39,218 nt of DNA from an uncultured delta proteobacterium (GCA_963840855.1 CAWJBB010000093.1:1-39218); one strand, 5' to 3'. Shown: positions 28,833-38,547, counted from the first letter of the stretch. Made by a program: numbers and translations. Notes: generated from the sequence alone by a model not told the origin.

Positions 28833-29864
28833 ATGATCAAAAGAGCTAAAGGATGCATTGTCACTAGCGTCTTCGTGGCGATGGCAGTCAGTCTCGGAGC
28901 GGCGCACGCGCAAGAATTCTATAAGGACAAGACGATAACGTTTATCGTCGGCTATTCGCCAGGCGGCATCTACGATCAATACACCCGGTTGATCGCCCGC
29001 CATATCACCAAGCATATTCCCGGCCAGCCGAATACGATCGTCGAAAACATGACCGGAGCCGGCGGCATCATCGCCGCCAATCATCTTTACAACCGAGCGA
29101 AACCCGACGGGCTCACCGTTGCGGCGTGGGCCTCGCCGCTGATCCTCCAGCAGATCATGGGCAACGACGCGACCAAGTTCGACGCTCGCAAAGTCGGCTG
29201 GGTTGGCATACCGGGTCCTTACGATACGGCCTGCCACTTCAACCGGGAGAGCGGCATCAAAACAGTGGACGATTGGTTTGCCTCCAAGAAGCCCGTGAAG
29301 ATTTCATCGATCGGCCCGGGCACGGGCCTGTCGGATGTTCCCAAGCTTCTTAAAGCAGCGCTCGGTCTTCAGTTGGAAGTCGTCGAGGGATACAAGGGCG
29401 GAGCCGAGGCTCGGGTGGCGGTAGAAAATGGCGAAGTCGACGGTCTTTGCGCCTCCTGGCAAGCGACCAAGATTACCTGGCGCAGTCAAATGGACTCGGG
29501 AAAGATTCGCGTGGTGCTGCAGGCTACCTTGAAATCACATGCCGATTTGAAAGACGTTCCCCTGGCCAACGACTACGCCAAAACGGATGAGGCTCGAATA
29601 CTTCTAAAAGTCGCGGACAATGTTCATGTCTACCAGTTTCCTTATTCTGTTGCTCCGGGCACTCCGCCTGAGCGGCTACAGATTCTTCAGCAGGCTTTCA
29701 TCAAAGCGCTGCGGGATCCCGAGCTGGTCGCCGAAGCCAAGAAGGCGCAGTTGGAGGTGAACCCCATTGATGGCCCGACAACGGCAAAGACTTTCGCGGG
29801 TTTGTACGATCTCAGTCCTGCACTCGTAGCTAAACTGAAGGAGCTTCTCGTCCCGAAGCGATAG
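28833..29864 (+). CDS. Bug/TctC substrate-binding protein (paralog of 19025-20050)
   Basis: GAGGAG RBS + ATG 28833; signal peptide; GGIYD, VENMTGAGG, KPDG, GYKG. Confidence 0.88.
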   Translation: MIKRAKGCIVTSVFVAMAVSLGAAHAQEFYKDKTITFIVGYSPGGIYDQYTRLIARHITKHIPGQPNTIVENMTGAGGIIAANHLYNRAKPDGLTVAAWASPLILQQIMGNDATKFDARKVGWVGIPGPYDTACHFNRESGIKTVDDWFASKKPVKISSIGPGTGLSDVPKLLKAALGLQLEVVEGYKGGAEARVAVENGEVDGLCASWQATKITWRSQMDSGKIRVVLQATLKSHADLKDVPLANDYAKTDEARILLKVADNVHVYQFPYSVAPGTPPERLQILQQAFIKALRDPELVAEAKKAQLEVNPIDGPTTAKTFAGLYDLSPALVAKLKELLVPKR

Positions 29865-29918
29865 AAATTTACGGATCGGTTTGCATCACGTCGGAGCAAA
29901 GCCTTAGCGTTATTTCAG

Positions 29919-29950
29919 GCTCCGCAAGGGTTAGCCTAGCTTGCGGAGCT
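29919..29950. terminator. GC-rich hairpin, possible terminator
   Basis: GCTCCGCAAG-loop-CTTGCGGAGC; no strong U-tract. Confidence 0.4.
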
Positions 29951-29965
29951 TGTGCTCAGTCTGGA

Positions 29966-30055
29966 CTACGGTTTTGCGAGCTGCTGCTTTTTGGCGAGCG
30001 GTAACTTCGTCAAGTGGATCACCAACCGCAAGGCTTCGTTGACCGCTTCGGCGTT
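29966..30055 (-). pseudogene. 3' fragment of a small antitoxin-like (BrnA-like) gene truncated at a MITE-end copy
   Basis: Translates NAEAVNEALRLVIHLTKLPLAKKQQLAKP*; abuts ATTCTCCTTCGCCGAATACCTCG at 30056-30078. Confidence 0.45.
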
Positions 30056-30258
30056 ATTCTCCTTCGCCGAATACCTCGAGCATAAATCTCTTGAATGTTT
30101 TCTCAAGTTTCACATAATGACAACGGGCGTAGCCCTATTTGTTGATGGCATTCAAACTTCGGAGAAATCACCAAAGGAGCAACCGAAAATGACGTGTTGG
30201 ACTAAATTTCGGAGTGGCAACGTTAATTAAGGGTCAAAACATCTTTTTTGAAAACCTC

Positions 30259-30286
30259 TTGAACTGCGTTTTTTCAAAAATATAAT
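30259..30286 (+). promoter_or_regulatory. Putative sigma70 promoter TTGAAC-16 nt-TATAAT
   Basis: Consensus -10 at 30281-30286 in an AT-rich stretch, GAGGAG RBS downstream. Confidence 0.55.
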
Positions 30287-30310
30287 AAAAACTAAATTCG
30301 AGGAGATGTT

Positions 30311-30541
30311 ATGCCAGAGACAGTGTCTCGTACGACAGCGAAAAAGAAATCACCGCCTGCCAAAAGCCGAAAACATCCCATTGCAAATAAAACCGTCCCA
30401 GAATTCCCGGACGGGTGGGGGTTTGCGTCGCGGCCTACTATATCTGGGAAAAAGATGGCCAGCCGGACGGCCAGGACTTCGGTCATTGGATCGCAGCCAA
30501 GAGACAACTTAGTAATGTCTGGAAGGAAGGTAATCTCTTGA
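30311..30541 (+). CDS. Small basic hypothetical protein, 76 aa
   Basis: Promoter and GAGGAG RBS upstream; no recognised family. Confidence 0.4.
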   Translation: MPETVSRTTAKKKSPPAKSRKHPIANKTVPEFPDGWGFASRPTISGKKMASRTARTSVIGSQPRDNLVMSGRKVIS

Positions 30542-30552
30542 GAATCGAATAA

Positions 30553-30663
30553 CTAGATTTTCGGTTTACCAGATTTGCTGATTTTGTTTCGGCGTTGCTT
30601 CTTCGAAGCTTTGCGGACTTTTTTGGTTCCCCGAGTCTTTTTCAATTCTTTTTGTCCTGCCAT
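30553..30663 (-). CDS. Very small Lys/Arg-rich peptide, 36 aa (not in the ORF track)
   Basis: AGGAG 6 nt before ATG; MAGQKELKKTRGTKKVRKASKKQRRNKISKSGKPKI*. Confidence 0.45.
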   Translation of the reverse strand: MAGQKELKKTRGTKKVRKASKKQRRNKISKSGKPKI

Positions 30664-30819
30664 GCTCGTCTCCTACGAAACTGTTATTGTTCCTTTCCGG
30701 GGGCGAAATCAATATTCGTACCGGAGATCCAGATGCTGATACGCAATCATCCCGAGCTTATAGTGTGGAATCCCGACATGCTTTCATCCAGCGTAACAAA
30801 ACTTGCGTAAATTGTCCCG

Positions 30820-32481
30820 ATGGCCATAGACGACTACTGGTTCAAGAACTCCGTTATTTACTGCCTGAACGTCGCCACCTACATGGACTTCAACGGCGAC
30901 GGCATCGGGGACTTCGAGGGACTGAGCCGGCGGCTCGATTACCTGCACGGTCTCGGCGTCACCTGCATCTGGCTGCAGCCGTTCTACTGCTCGCCCAACC
31001 GCGACAACGGCTACGACGTCAGCGACTTCTACGGCGTGAGCCCGCGCTTCGGCACCTCCGGAGACTTCGTCGAGCTGATGAACCACGCCGAGGCGCTCGG
31101 CATGCGCGTCATCGTCGACCTTGTCGCCAACCACACTTCCGACAAGCACCTCTGGTTCCAGTCGGCGCGCGCCGATCCCGAGTCGCCTTTCCGGGATTGG
31201 TATGTCTGGAGCGACAAGCGGCCGCGCAGTCACGCTACCGGCACGGTGTTCCCGCCGGTGCAGAAGACCACCTGGACATGGGACAGCAAAGCGCGCAAAT
31301 ACTACTTCCACCGCTTCTACGAGTTCCAGCCCGATCTCAACACCCATCACGTCGTCTATCGCGACGAGCTCTACAAGATCATGGGCTACTGGCTGCAGCT
31401 CGGTGTATCGGGCTTCCGCATGGATGCGGTTCCTTTTCTGGTGGAGCGCAAGGGCGCGGGCGTCAAGCCGGTGAAGGATTTCGAACTGCTCCAGGAGATG
31501 CGGCGGTTCCTGCAATGGCGCTGCCGCGACGCCATCCTGCTCGCCGAGGCGAACGTCCCGGCCCGCGAAAGCATGAATTACTTCGGCGACGAGGCCGACC
31601 GCCTGCAGATGATGCTCAACTTCCCGGTGAACCAGCGGCTGTTCTATGCGCTAGCCACCGCGGATATCAGGCCGCTCGCGCGAGCGATACGCGAGACGCT
31701 CGACAACATCCCGAGAGACGCGCAATGGGTACAGTTCCTGCGCAGCCACGACGAGTTGGATCTGGGGCGGCTCACTGAGGCGCAGCGCGAGCGGGTATAC
31801 GCGGCTTTCGCTCCCGAGCCTTCGATGCAGCTCTACCACCGCGGTATCCGCCGGCGCCTCGCTCCGATGCTGGGCAACGACCGCCGGCGCATGGAGCTTG
31901 CCTTCAGCCTGCTCTTCGCGCTGCCAGGCACGCCGATGCTCCAGTACGGCGACGAGATCGGCATGGGCGAAGACCTGTCACTGAAGGAGCGCGAGGCGAC
32001 GCGCACGCCCATGCAGTGGACCGACGAGCTGAACGGCGGCTTCACCCGGGCGAAGAAGACCGTGCTGCCCCTCGTCAACGACGGCATTTTCGGCTTTCGC
32101 AAGGTCAACGTGAACGCGCAGCGGCGGGACCCTAACTCGTTCATGAACTGGACCGCACGCGTGATCCGCGCGCGCAAGGAATGCGTTGAGCTCGCGTGGG
32201 GTGACTGCGAGGTATTGGAGTGCGACGCACCAGCGGTCTTGGTACTGAGCTACCGGTTCCGCAAGGCCTCCATGGTCACGCTCCACAATTTCAGTGATAC
32301 CGCTCAGACCGTGCGCCTCAGGCTCAAGGAACCCGGCGGGCAGCGCCTCGTCGACATCCTCGGCAAAGAGCACAGCCACGCGGACAGCCGCGGCACCCAC
32401 GAGATCGCGCTGGACGGCTACGGCTACCGCTGGTACCGCATAGGCGTGGCCGACGAAACTCTGACTCGCGAGACCTTCTGA
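30820..32481 (+). CDS. GH13 alpha-amylase family protein, trehalose synthase (TreS)-like
   Basis: DFNGDGIGDF.GL, DNGYDV, NHTSD.H.WFQ, GFRMDAV, EAN, HDEL, GIRRRLAPML, YGDEIGMG. Confidence 0.88.
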   Translation: MAIDDYWFKNSVIYCLNVATYMDFNGDGIGDFEGLSRRLDYLHGLGVTCIWLQPFYCSPNRDNGYDVSDFYGVSPRFGTSGDFVELMNHAEALGMRVIVDLVANHTSDKHLWFQSARADPESPFRDWYVWSDKRPRSHATGTVFPPVQKTTWTWDSKARKYYFHRFYEFQPDLNTHHVVYRDELYKIMGYWLQLGVSGFRMDAVPFLVERKGAGVKPVKDFELLQEMRRFLQWRCRDAILLAEANVPARESMNYFGDEADRLQMMLNFPVNQRLFYALATADIRPLARAIRETLDNIPRDAQWVQFLRSHDELDLGRLTEAQRERVYAAFAPEPSMQLYHRGIRRRLAPMLGNDRRRMELAFSLLFALPGTPMLQYGDEIGMGEDLSLKEREATRTPMQWTDELNGGFTRAKKTVLPLVNDGIFGFRKVNVNAQRRDPNSFMNWTARVIRARKECVELAWGDCEVLECDAPAVLVLSYRFRKASMVTLHNFSDTAQTVRLRLKEPGGQRLVDILGKEHSHADSRGTHEIALDGYGYRWYRIGVADETLTRETF

Positions 32482-32610
32482 CAGCCAACGTCCCGGTTTC
32501 GGCACGAACTACGCGTTCGCGCAAACCCCCGTGCGCCTTTCTTAGGATCGAGAGCTCAGACAGAATTTGTGGGAAGGACGTTCGATCAAATAGACGTCGC
32601 TGTCATCCAA

Positions 32611-33747
32611 CTACCGACTCTTTAACGACTCTGCCCTGGGGAAACCGAAGGCTTCGACCGTCATCTCCACCCAGCGGTCGATGTTTTCATAGACGCTCCA
32701 ATCGCCGACCAGAAGTTTTTTCCCTCTGGTGATTTTTTCCAACTCCGAGCCCGGCGCATAGATGGAAGATTTCAAAGGCTCGTATTTGTCGATGATTTTC
32801 TGTCCGGCTGGGCTCGCCTGAAACTCGAGCCATAGAAGAGCGGCGTGCGGGCGCGGCGCATTGTGAAGAATTCCCTCTTCTTCGCTGAGGCGAACAGGGA
32901 TTGGCTCGACCACCTTGCAGGCGATGGATTTGGTTGGGTCCTTTTCCGCAATCTGCATGCAAGAATGAAAGTTCGCCTGCTGGTGAAGAGCGTATTCTCC
33001 CGCCGCAATCGCTGTCAGCGTTCGCGAGTAGCCGCGGACCCAAATAGGCTCCTGCTCCTTTAGCTTGCGGGCGTAATTCTGCACCCACTCTATCCCAAGG
33101 CCGGCCGCCATGGAGCCGAATCCATGAGGTCGAATGTCCATCATGAATTTCCTTCCCTTAAATTCAAGCCTTAGAAAGTCCTCCCAGGTGTTGGGTACTT
33201 TTCCCGCTGAGATTAGCGTCTTGTTATAAGCGACCGCCTGAATGGCGCTAGCGGGAGCTATAATGTTTCGATTTTTTGGATCGATCATCTTGACGGGAAT
33301 CGCGAGAATGCCCTGCTGAGCCATGCCAAAGATGTCAATTTTCCTTGCGTGCGGAGTGAACTTGCTGAAGAAATCGCGGGGCAGATGAAAAATGTCCCAG
33401 TCCTTTGTTTGCCCGGCTTGCATCTCGAGCAGGAAACGCTGCGCTCCCTCTGTACCTGCAACTTCCTGGCCTTCGACGCTGATGAACGGGTACTTTTCTC
33501 TGAATGCTTTGATAAGCTGGTTTGTCGTTTCGGCATCAAGCGTATTGAGGACGCGCAGTTTTCCTTCACGTTTGGCGCCGGCCAGAATTTCATTGTGACT
33601 GCCGATAAAAGTGTAACCCAGATTTTGAGCGTTGGTCTTGGCCTTTTCCAACTCCGGATTACCAGAGGCAGGGTAGATCGATCGCAAAATTGTCAAAGAC
33701 ACTAATGCAAAGAAAAAAACGGCGCGTCCGAAAAGGCGAGCATTCAT
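32611..33747 (-). CDS. Extracellular solute-binding protein, Fe(III)/thiamine ABC type
   Basis: Signal peptide; AKREGKL, F..KYPFI, YN..L, P..WED.L, GE..L, AP.PHAALL..EF. Confidence 0.85.
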   Translation of the reverse strand: MNARLFGRAVFFFALVSLTILRSIYPASGNPELEKAKTNAQNLGYTFIGSHNEILAGAKREGKLRVLNTLDAETTNQLIKAFREKYPFISVEGQEVAGTEGAQRFLLEMQAGQTKDWDIFHLPRDFFSKFTPHARKIDIFGMAQQGILAIPVKMIDPKNRNIIAPASAIQAVAYNKTLISAGKVPNTWEDFLRLEFKGRKFMMDIRPHGFGSMAAGLGIEWVQNYARKLKEQEPIWVRGYSRTLTAIAAGEYALHQQANFHSCMQIAEKDPTKSIACKVVEPIPVRLSEEEGILHNAPRPHAALLWLEFQASPAGQKIIDKYEPLKSSIYAPGSELEKITRGKKLLVGDWSVYENIDRWVEMTVEAFGFPRAESLKSR

Positions 33748-34053
33748 TCTAGATCACCTCCGTAATGTTATCTGTCGTTGAGGCACACCGGAGCTATGTC
33801 AAGCCAGCTACTTGTCGTCCATTTGCGGCTCATTTCGGGCGCTGTCTGACGTCTGGGTTAACCACAGCCAAACTTATACGGAAGAGCGAAACGGGAACTA
33901 CATTTGGTCGCCGCAAGCGAACCGCCAGCTCGCGTATGGTCATAGTCCTGCATCTCCCCCTTTGTGATGATCTTACCGTCGGCTTGCTGAAATCTCCCCG
34001 TTCACCTTTCGACAACCTCAAGGCCAAACGGGGGAAGGGGCCAGGAACCCGCG

Positions 34054-35178
34054 TTATTTCAACATCGCCTGGGGGAGGCCGAAAGCGTTGAGCGCATTCT
34101 TCTCCCACTTGTTGCTGTTCGGCAGAGTGTCCCAGCTATTCACCGCGAGTTTCTTTCCCTGCGTCACTCTAGCCGCTTCGGAGCCGGGCACAAAAACCGA
34201 TGTCTTGGGCTCGAGGCTCTCGATGATCGTCTGCGCCGCCGGCGAGATCTGGAACTCGAGCCACAGTAGCCCCGCGTGCGAATAAGGCGAGACCTGCGCA
34301 ATCGTGGTCATTTCCTGGGTGCGCACCGGCACCGGCTCGATCAGCTTACACTCCAGGGACTTGGAGATGTCCTTTCGTTTTGCCCGGATACACGAGTGAT
34401 AGTAGGACAAATGCAGCATGGACTGTTCGCCGGTCGTGATCGCGGTAATTGCACGGCTGATGCCGCGCACCCAGACCGGGTCCTGATCTTTGATCTTGCG
34501 CGCATAATCCAACATCCATTCTTCGCCGAGCCCGGCCGCCAGGGTTGCCATCCCTGTCGGGCGAACTTCGACCATGAACTTTCGGCCCTTGAATTCGGGC
34601 CTGAGGAAATCTTCCCACCGGTTGGGCACCCTTTCCGGGGCGACCAGGTTCTTGTTATACGAGAGGCTGTAAATCGTGCTGGCAAGACTGATGACGTTGC
34701 GGTTTGTCGGATCAATAATTTCGCCCGGGATCTGGAGCACTCCCTGCTTTGCCATCCCCAAGATATCGAATTTCTTAAGGTGCGGCAGGAAGTCCTGATA
34801 CAATTCCTGCGCGACTTCAAAGACGTCCCAGTTGCTTCTCCCGGCCTGCAGTTCGAGCGCAAACCGCTGCCCTCCTTCAACCCCGGAAATCCTCTCCGCA
34901 CGCGCGTCAATGAACGGGTACTGCTTCATGAAAGCTTTGCGCAGCGCTTCAATATTGTCCGGGTCCATATTACTCAACACCCGCACGCGACCTTCCTCTT
35001 TCGCCTTGGCAACGATCTCGTCCCGGTTGGCATAGAAGACGTACCCTCTGGACTCGGCTTCTTTCTTCGCTTTAGCCAGTTCTGCGCTTGGCGCCGTCGC
35101 CGCTCCCGCGCTATCGGCAAACATCCCTAGGGCTACCGCGCAAAACACAAGCCCGGCCGTCATGAACTTAACCTTCAT
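34054..35178 (-). CDS. Extracellular solute-binding protein, Fe(III)-type (paralog of 32611-33747)
   Basis: GGAGG RBS; WEDFLRPEFKGRKFM and AFG.P shared with the neighbour. Confidence 0.85.
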   Translation of the reverse strand: MKVKFMTAGLVFCAVALGMFADSAGAATAPSAELAKAKKEAESRGYVFYANRDEIVAKAKEEGRVRVLSNMDPDNIEALRKAFMKQYPFIDARAERISGVEGGQRFALELQAGRSNWDVFEVAQELYQDFLPHLKKFDILGMAKQGVLQIPGEIIDPTNRNVISLASTIYSLSYNKNLVAPERVPNRWEDFLRPEFKGRKFMVEVRPTGMATLAAGLGEEWMLDYARKIKDQDPVWVRGISRAITAITTGEQSMLHLSYYHSCIRAKRKDISKSLECKLIEPVPVRTQEMTTIAQVSPYSHAGLLWLEFQISPAAQTIIESLEPKTSVFVPGSEAARVTQGKKLAVNSWDTLPNSNKWEKNALNAFGLPQAMLK

Positions 35179-35443
35179 AAAATAACCTCCTCAGTTATTT
35201 TCTCTGCCTTTTAAAGATTCAACTAATACGCACGTCAGAATGTTTGTTACATTCACTTCCCTGTCCAGTCCATTAGCTTAGCTAATGGGTAGCATTTTGG
35301 TGGCCCTGGACTGCGCCCCTCCCGCTGGAAACTTTTCACCGAGATTTGAGGGGAGTACGATCGGCGGTTTTTGCCTTCTGAATCTTCATCTCGTATTCCT
35401 CCGCGGGTAAGGATCCCAGAGCCGAATGCAATCGTTTCTTGCG

Positions 35444-35471
35444 ATTGAACCGAAGGAGAATTCAATTCAAT
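35444..35471. other. Putative tyrosine-recombinase core site (11-6-11)
   Basis: ATTGAACCGAA GGAGAA TTCAATTCAAT; arms 9/11 complementary. Confidence 0.65.
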
Positions 35472-36542
35472 CCTAGCATCGCGCCGTCGTTATTTGATCA
35501 CCCGGTCCGCTCTCGCCAGCACATTCGGCGTTATCGTCAGTCCGATTTGCTTGGCGGTTTTGAGATTGATCACAAACTCAAACTTCATCGGCTGCTGCAC
35601 CGGCAGGTCAGCGGGCTTGGCGCCTTTGAGAATTTTGTCGACGTAGACAGCGGCGCGATGCCATAAGTCGGCATTGTCCGTTGCATAGGACATTAAGCCG
35701 CCAGCAACTACCCACTCTGAGCGCCAGTACATTGTTGGCAGTCTTGTCTTTGCCGCTAGTTCGAGGACTTGTCTTTGATGGCCGTTTAATAGTTGACCAC
35801 TTCTGAAAAGAATGGCCTGGGCTTTACTCCGTATCACTGCTTCGAATGCCCCTTCCAGTTCATTCGCATCCCAGATTCTTAAAGGTTGAAGCTGCACAGC
35901 TAAGGTCTTTGCCGCAGCCTCTGCTGCCGTATCCGAGCATACAGTACCGCTGCACAGAATGGCCGCTTGTGTGACTTTAGGAAAACCCCCCTTGATTATC
36001 TCCAGCCTTTTCCCAGTTAAATCCGTGGAAAGGGTAGACAGCCCTGTAACATTGCCCCCTGGCCTCGCCAGACTTTCGACAAGTCCGCTCCCGACCGGAT
36101 CACTACCAGCAAAGACAATGGGAATGATCCGAAATGCCTGTTTGGCAGCCCTGGCTGTCGATGTGTTACCGGTAACAATGACGTCGACCTTGAGCGTGGC
36201 TAGTTCCCTTGCAAGCTCAAGCTCCCGGTCCAGCTGGCCTTCCGCGAATCGGTACTCGATATGGATATTCTGCCCCTCGATATAGCCGAGTTTTTCTAGA
36301 CCTTGACGGAAAGAGTCAAGGTTAAATGTTCCAAAGCCCCCCAGGAAAGCTATCCGAGGGACTTTCTTCGGCTCGTGCTGTGCCTCGGTTATGGCCGCAA
36401 CAACGAGCAGTACCACTACAAGCAGGATTGATGGTGTTGCACGTGTCTTCATTGGGCACCTCGATTCGAGCGTTATTTATCACGCCGAACGCAGGGATTT
36501 GTCAAATAAGAACTGCTCGCGGACCCATAGGATTGAACTGAA
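35461..36542. mobile_element. Putative non-autonomous gene cassette carrying one SBP gene, bounded by 15-bp inverted ends
   Basis: TTCAATTCAATCCTA (35461-35475) and TAGGATTGAACTGAA (36528-36542), 14/15 complementary. Confidence 0.6.
35490..36452 (-). CDS. ABC transporter substrate-binding protein (PF04392/DUF534 type)
   Basis: Signal peptide; GYIEGQNI.IEYR.AEG, DPVGSGLVESLARPGGNVTG, KILKGAKPADLPVQQP.KFE.VINLKTAK. Confidence 0.92.
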   Translation of the reverse strand: MKTRATPSILLVVVLLVVAAITEAQHEPKKVPRIAFLGGFGTFNLDSFRQGLEKLGYIEGQNIHIEYRFAEGQLDRELELARELATLKVDVIVTGNTSTARAAKQAFRIIPIVFAGSDPVGSGLVESLARPGGNVTGLSTLSTDLTGKRLEIIKGGFPKVTQAAILCSGTVCSDTAAEAAAKTLAVQLQPLRIWDANELEGAFEAVIRSKAQAILFRSGQLLNGHQRQVLELAAKTRLPTMYWRSEWVVAGGLMSYATDNADLWHRAAVYVDKILKGAKPADLPVQQPMKFEFVINLKTAKQIGLTITPNVLARADRVIK

Positions 36543-36569
36543 CGACGAACGGCCAAACTCACAGCCCGG

Positions 36570-36597
36570 ATTGGGTCGTCGGAGAATTCAATTCAAT
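36570..36597. other. Putative hybrid recombination site (degenerate left arm, intact spacer and right arm)
   Basis: ATTGGGTCGTC GGAGAA TTCAATTCAAT. Confidence 0.6.
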
Positions 36598-37230
36598 TAC
36601 ACGCTAACTAACGCAGAAAAGGGCTGGAGCCGTGCTTGAAAGCATCGGTTCTCTCAACGGGAAGGTTAGGTGGACCGTCTGACGCTTAGGCAGGCAGACT
36701 CAAGGTGCTGTCTATGCTCCCTATCGAGTATTCCAGTCCGCCTTTCGGCGAACTTCGCTCTGGATGATGGGCTTGAACTCAAAAACATGGAGTGTAATTC
36801 CCCCCCTTGCCGTTCTTCGATGGCACTGGATCGAGTCGAGATTCCTGTCGTATAAGCGTCCGTCTACGTTCCATCTGGACCCCTCTCGGGCGGTAAGGGG
36901 CCCGAGAGCGACTGCCAGGACCCGGAAGAATCTCGCTTATTTGGTGTTACGCAAAGCTCGACCTCACCTTTCGCCACACGTTACACATAACGCCACCACC
37001 AAGCACTGGCCTTTTCCTTGATGGCCTTTATATTCCCAAGCGCTCGATGACTTCGGGAGATAATGCATTCGCGGATGCGCCTCCTCCTGCAGGGTTTGAT
37101 GTTAAGCGATGTCTAATTTTTCGGCGGATAACAGATGTTTTGCTTGAAAGAGTATCAGTACTCGAGATGTCCCGGCTTCCGGTGCGCCTTCGCGGACACC
37201 CACCCCGACTACCACTCGGCCAATAAACAC

Positions 37231-37590
37231 CTACGCGCTCACATCGGTAAATAAACCTCCGAAGATTTCTTCACCTTCGACATCTGCTCCATGGCCTCTT
37301 CGGTTACGATTAAACGATATCTGTTCGCTTCTCTTCTGTATCCCTCTCGGGTTCTTTTTTCCACCGCTCCCGTCGAACCGAAGGTGAACCGCACTTGAGT
37401 GACCCAGTCTCCCGTCTGAAAAGGCCCCTGCTAAGTGCGGTGAGCTGTACCGACTTTCACTAGATGTTTGTGACCTCTCAGGACCGCAATCTTCCGGTGC
37501 GCTCGGCCACCCAGGGGAACGTGGAGTCGCAGCTGGCCCGTGGCAACATGTGACGATCGCTAACCAAATATCCGATAGGCGTCGTTTCAT
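37231..37590 (-). other. Possible decayed gene downstream of the recombinase
   Basis: AGAGG RBS + ATG and a signal-peptide-like start; the rest is unrecognisable. Confidence 0.2.
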
Positions 37591-37644
37591 GAATACATCC
37601 TCTTTCTACTCTTCTCTTTTTTTCAAGGGGAGGACAAACTTGTC

Positions 37645-38547
37645 TTAGCCGCCTATTAGCTTCAGACCGTTTACGGCTTTTACCAGTTCTTGGCTGCGCG
37701 AATGGAGATATCGAGCTGTTGTAGCAAGGCTCTTGCGGTTCATTAGACTCTGAATAACTCTGATATTTTCTCCCTGACTTAAAAGCAAGCGTCGCAAAAG
37801 TATGCCGCAAAACGTGTGGTCCCATTCCGCTCGTTCTTATGCGAGATTTCTTAAAATATTTCTTCACCAAATACCAAACCGTCCACGCGAGATTCTTCGA
37901 TTCCGGCAAGAAATAAATAGTGCCCTTGCCCGGCTCCTCTTCCGCCTCTGCTTTAGTACGCCTTGATCTCTATTTTTGCAGAGTCGGCCAGCGGCAGAAT
38001 GTTAATGTCTCCACCTTTGCGATGCAACCGTATCGTCGATTGATGAAGGTCGATGTCGGCTTTGTCCAGCTGCACAATTTCACGCAATCGCGCGCCCGTT
38101 AAGAAAAATGTCGAAATTATTGCCCTGTCCCTGAGTTTTTAATGCATTTCTGATTCATTTCCACGACTTTAATGAGGCGGGCACATTCATCCTGGGACAA
38201 TGCGCGGATTTCACCCATCCTGATTTTTGGAAGGGGGATATCTCAGCGGGATTATCCCTCAGAAGCCCTGCTCGATGAGCATACTTGAAAAACGATCGTA
38301 TCGCTGCCAAGGCCCGTGCACGAGCGGATGGCCCGTTTGGCTTTTGATGACCGACTTCTGAGAGCCACATGAGGTAATCTCGTATGTGGTCGCGGGAAAC
38401 GTCACCTGGTAGGAACCTGCTTCCCAGTCGATGAGCCAGATAATCGTCGAATTTATTGAGATCGTAGCGATACGTATCTATCGTGGATGCACTTGCGTTT
38501 TTCTCCGCGTCGAGATGCTTTAGAAATCGTCTAATGACCTGTCGCAT
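37645..38547 (-). pseudogene. XerC/XerD-like tyrosine recombinase, multiply frameshifted
   Basis: Frames join to: SAM-like N-terminus (FL.HL..EKN.S..T...Y..DL..F; R.LAAIRSFF.Y), RDRAII..F.LTGARL.EI, RKGG, PHVLRHTFAT, IRVIQSLMNRKSLATTARYLH, stop at 37645. GGAGAGGAG RBS before ATG 38547. Confidence 0.88.

Noticed and set aside
30150-30177. ATTCAAACTTC GGAGAA ATCACCAAAGG as another recombination site
   Set aside because: The spacer matches but both arms are too degenerate (about 5/11 and 4/11).
30687-31778. 363-aa Arg-rich ORF
   Set aside because: Alternative frame of the GH13 gene with composition typical of an off-frame translation.
35439-35666. Plus-strand ORF (LFDHPVRSRQHIRR...)
   Set aside because: Antisense shadow of the conserved C-terminus of the PF04392 SBP gene.
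36600-37230. Short ORFs or an RNA gene between the 36570 site and the recombinase, and in 38640-39000
   Set aside because: No recognisable protein motif, tRNA fold or consistent start signals; probably decayed sequence.
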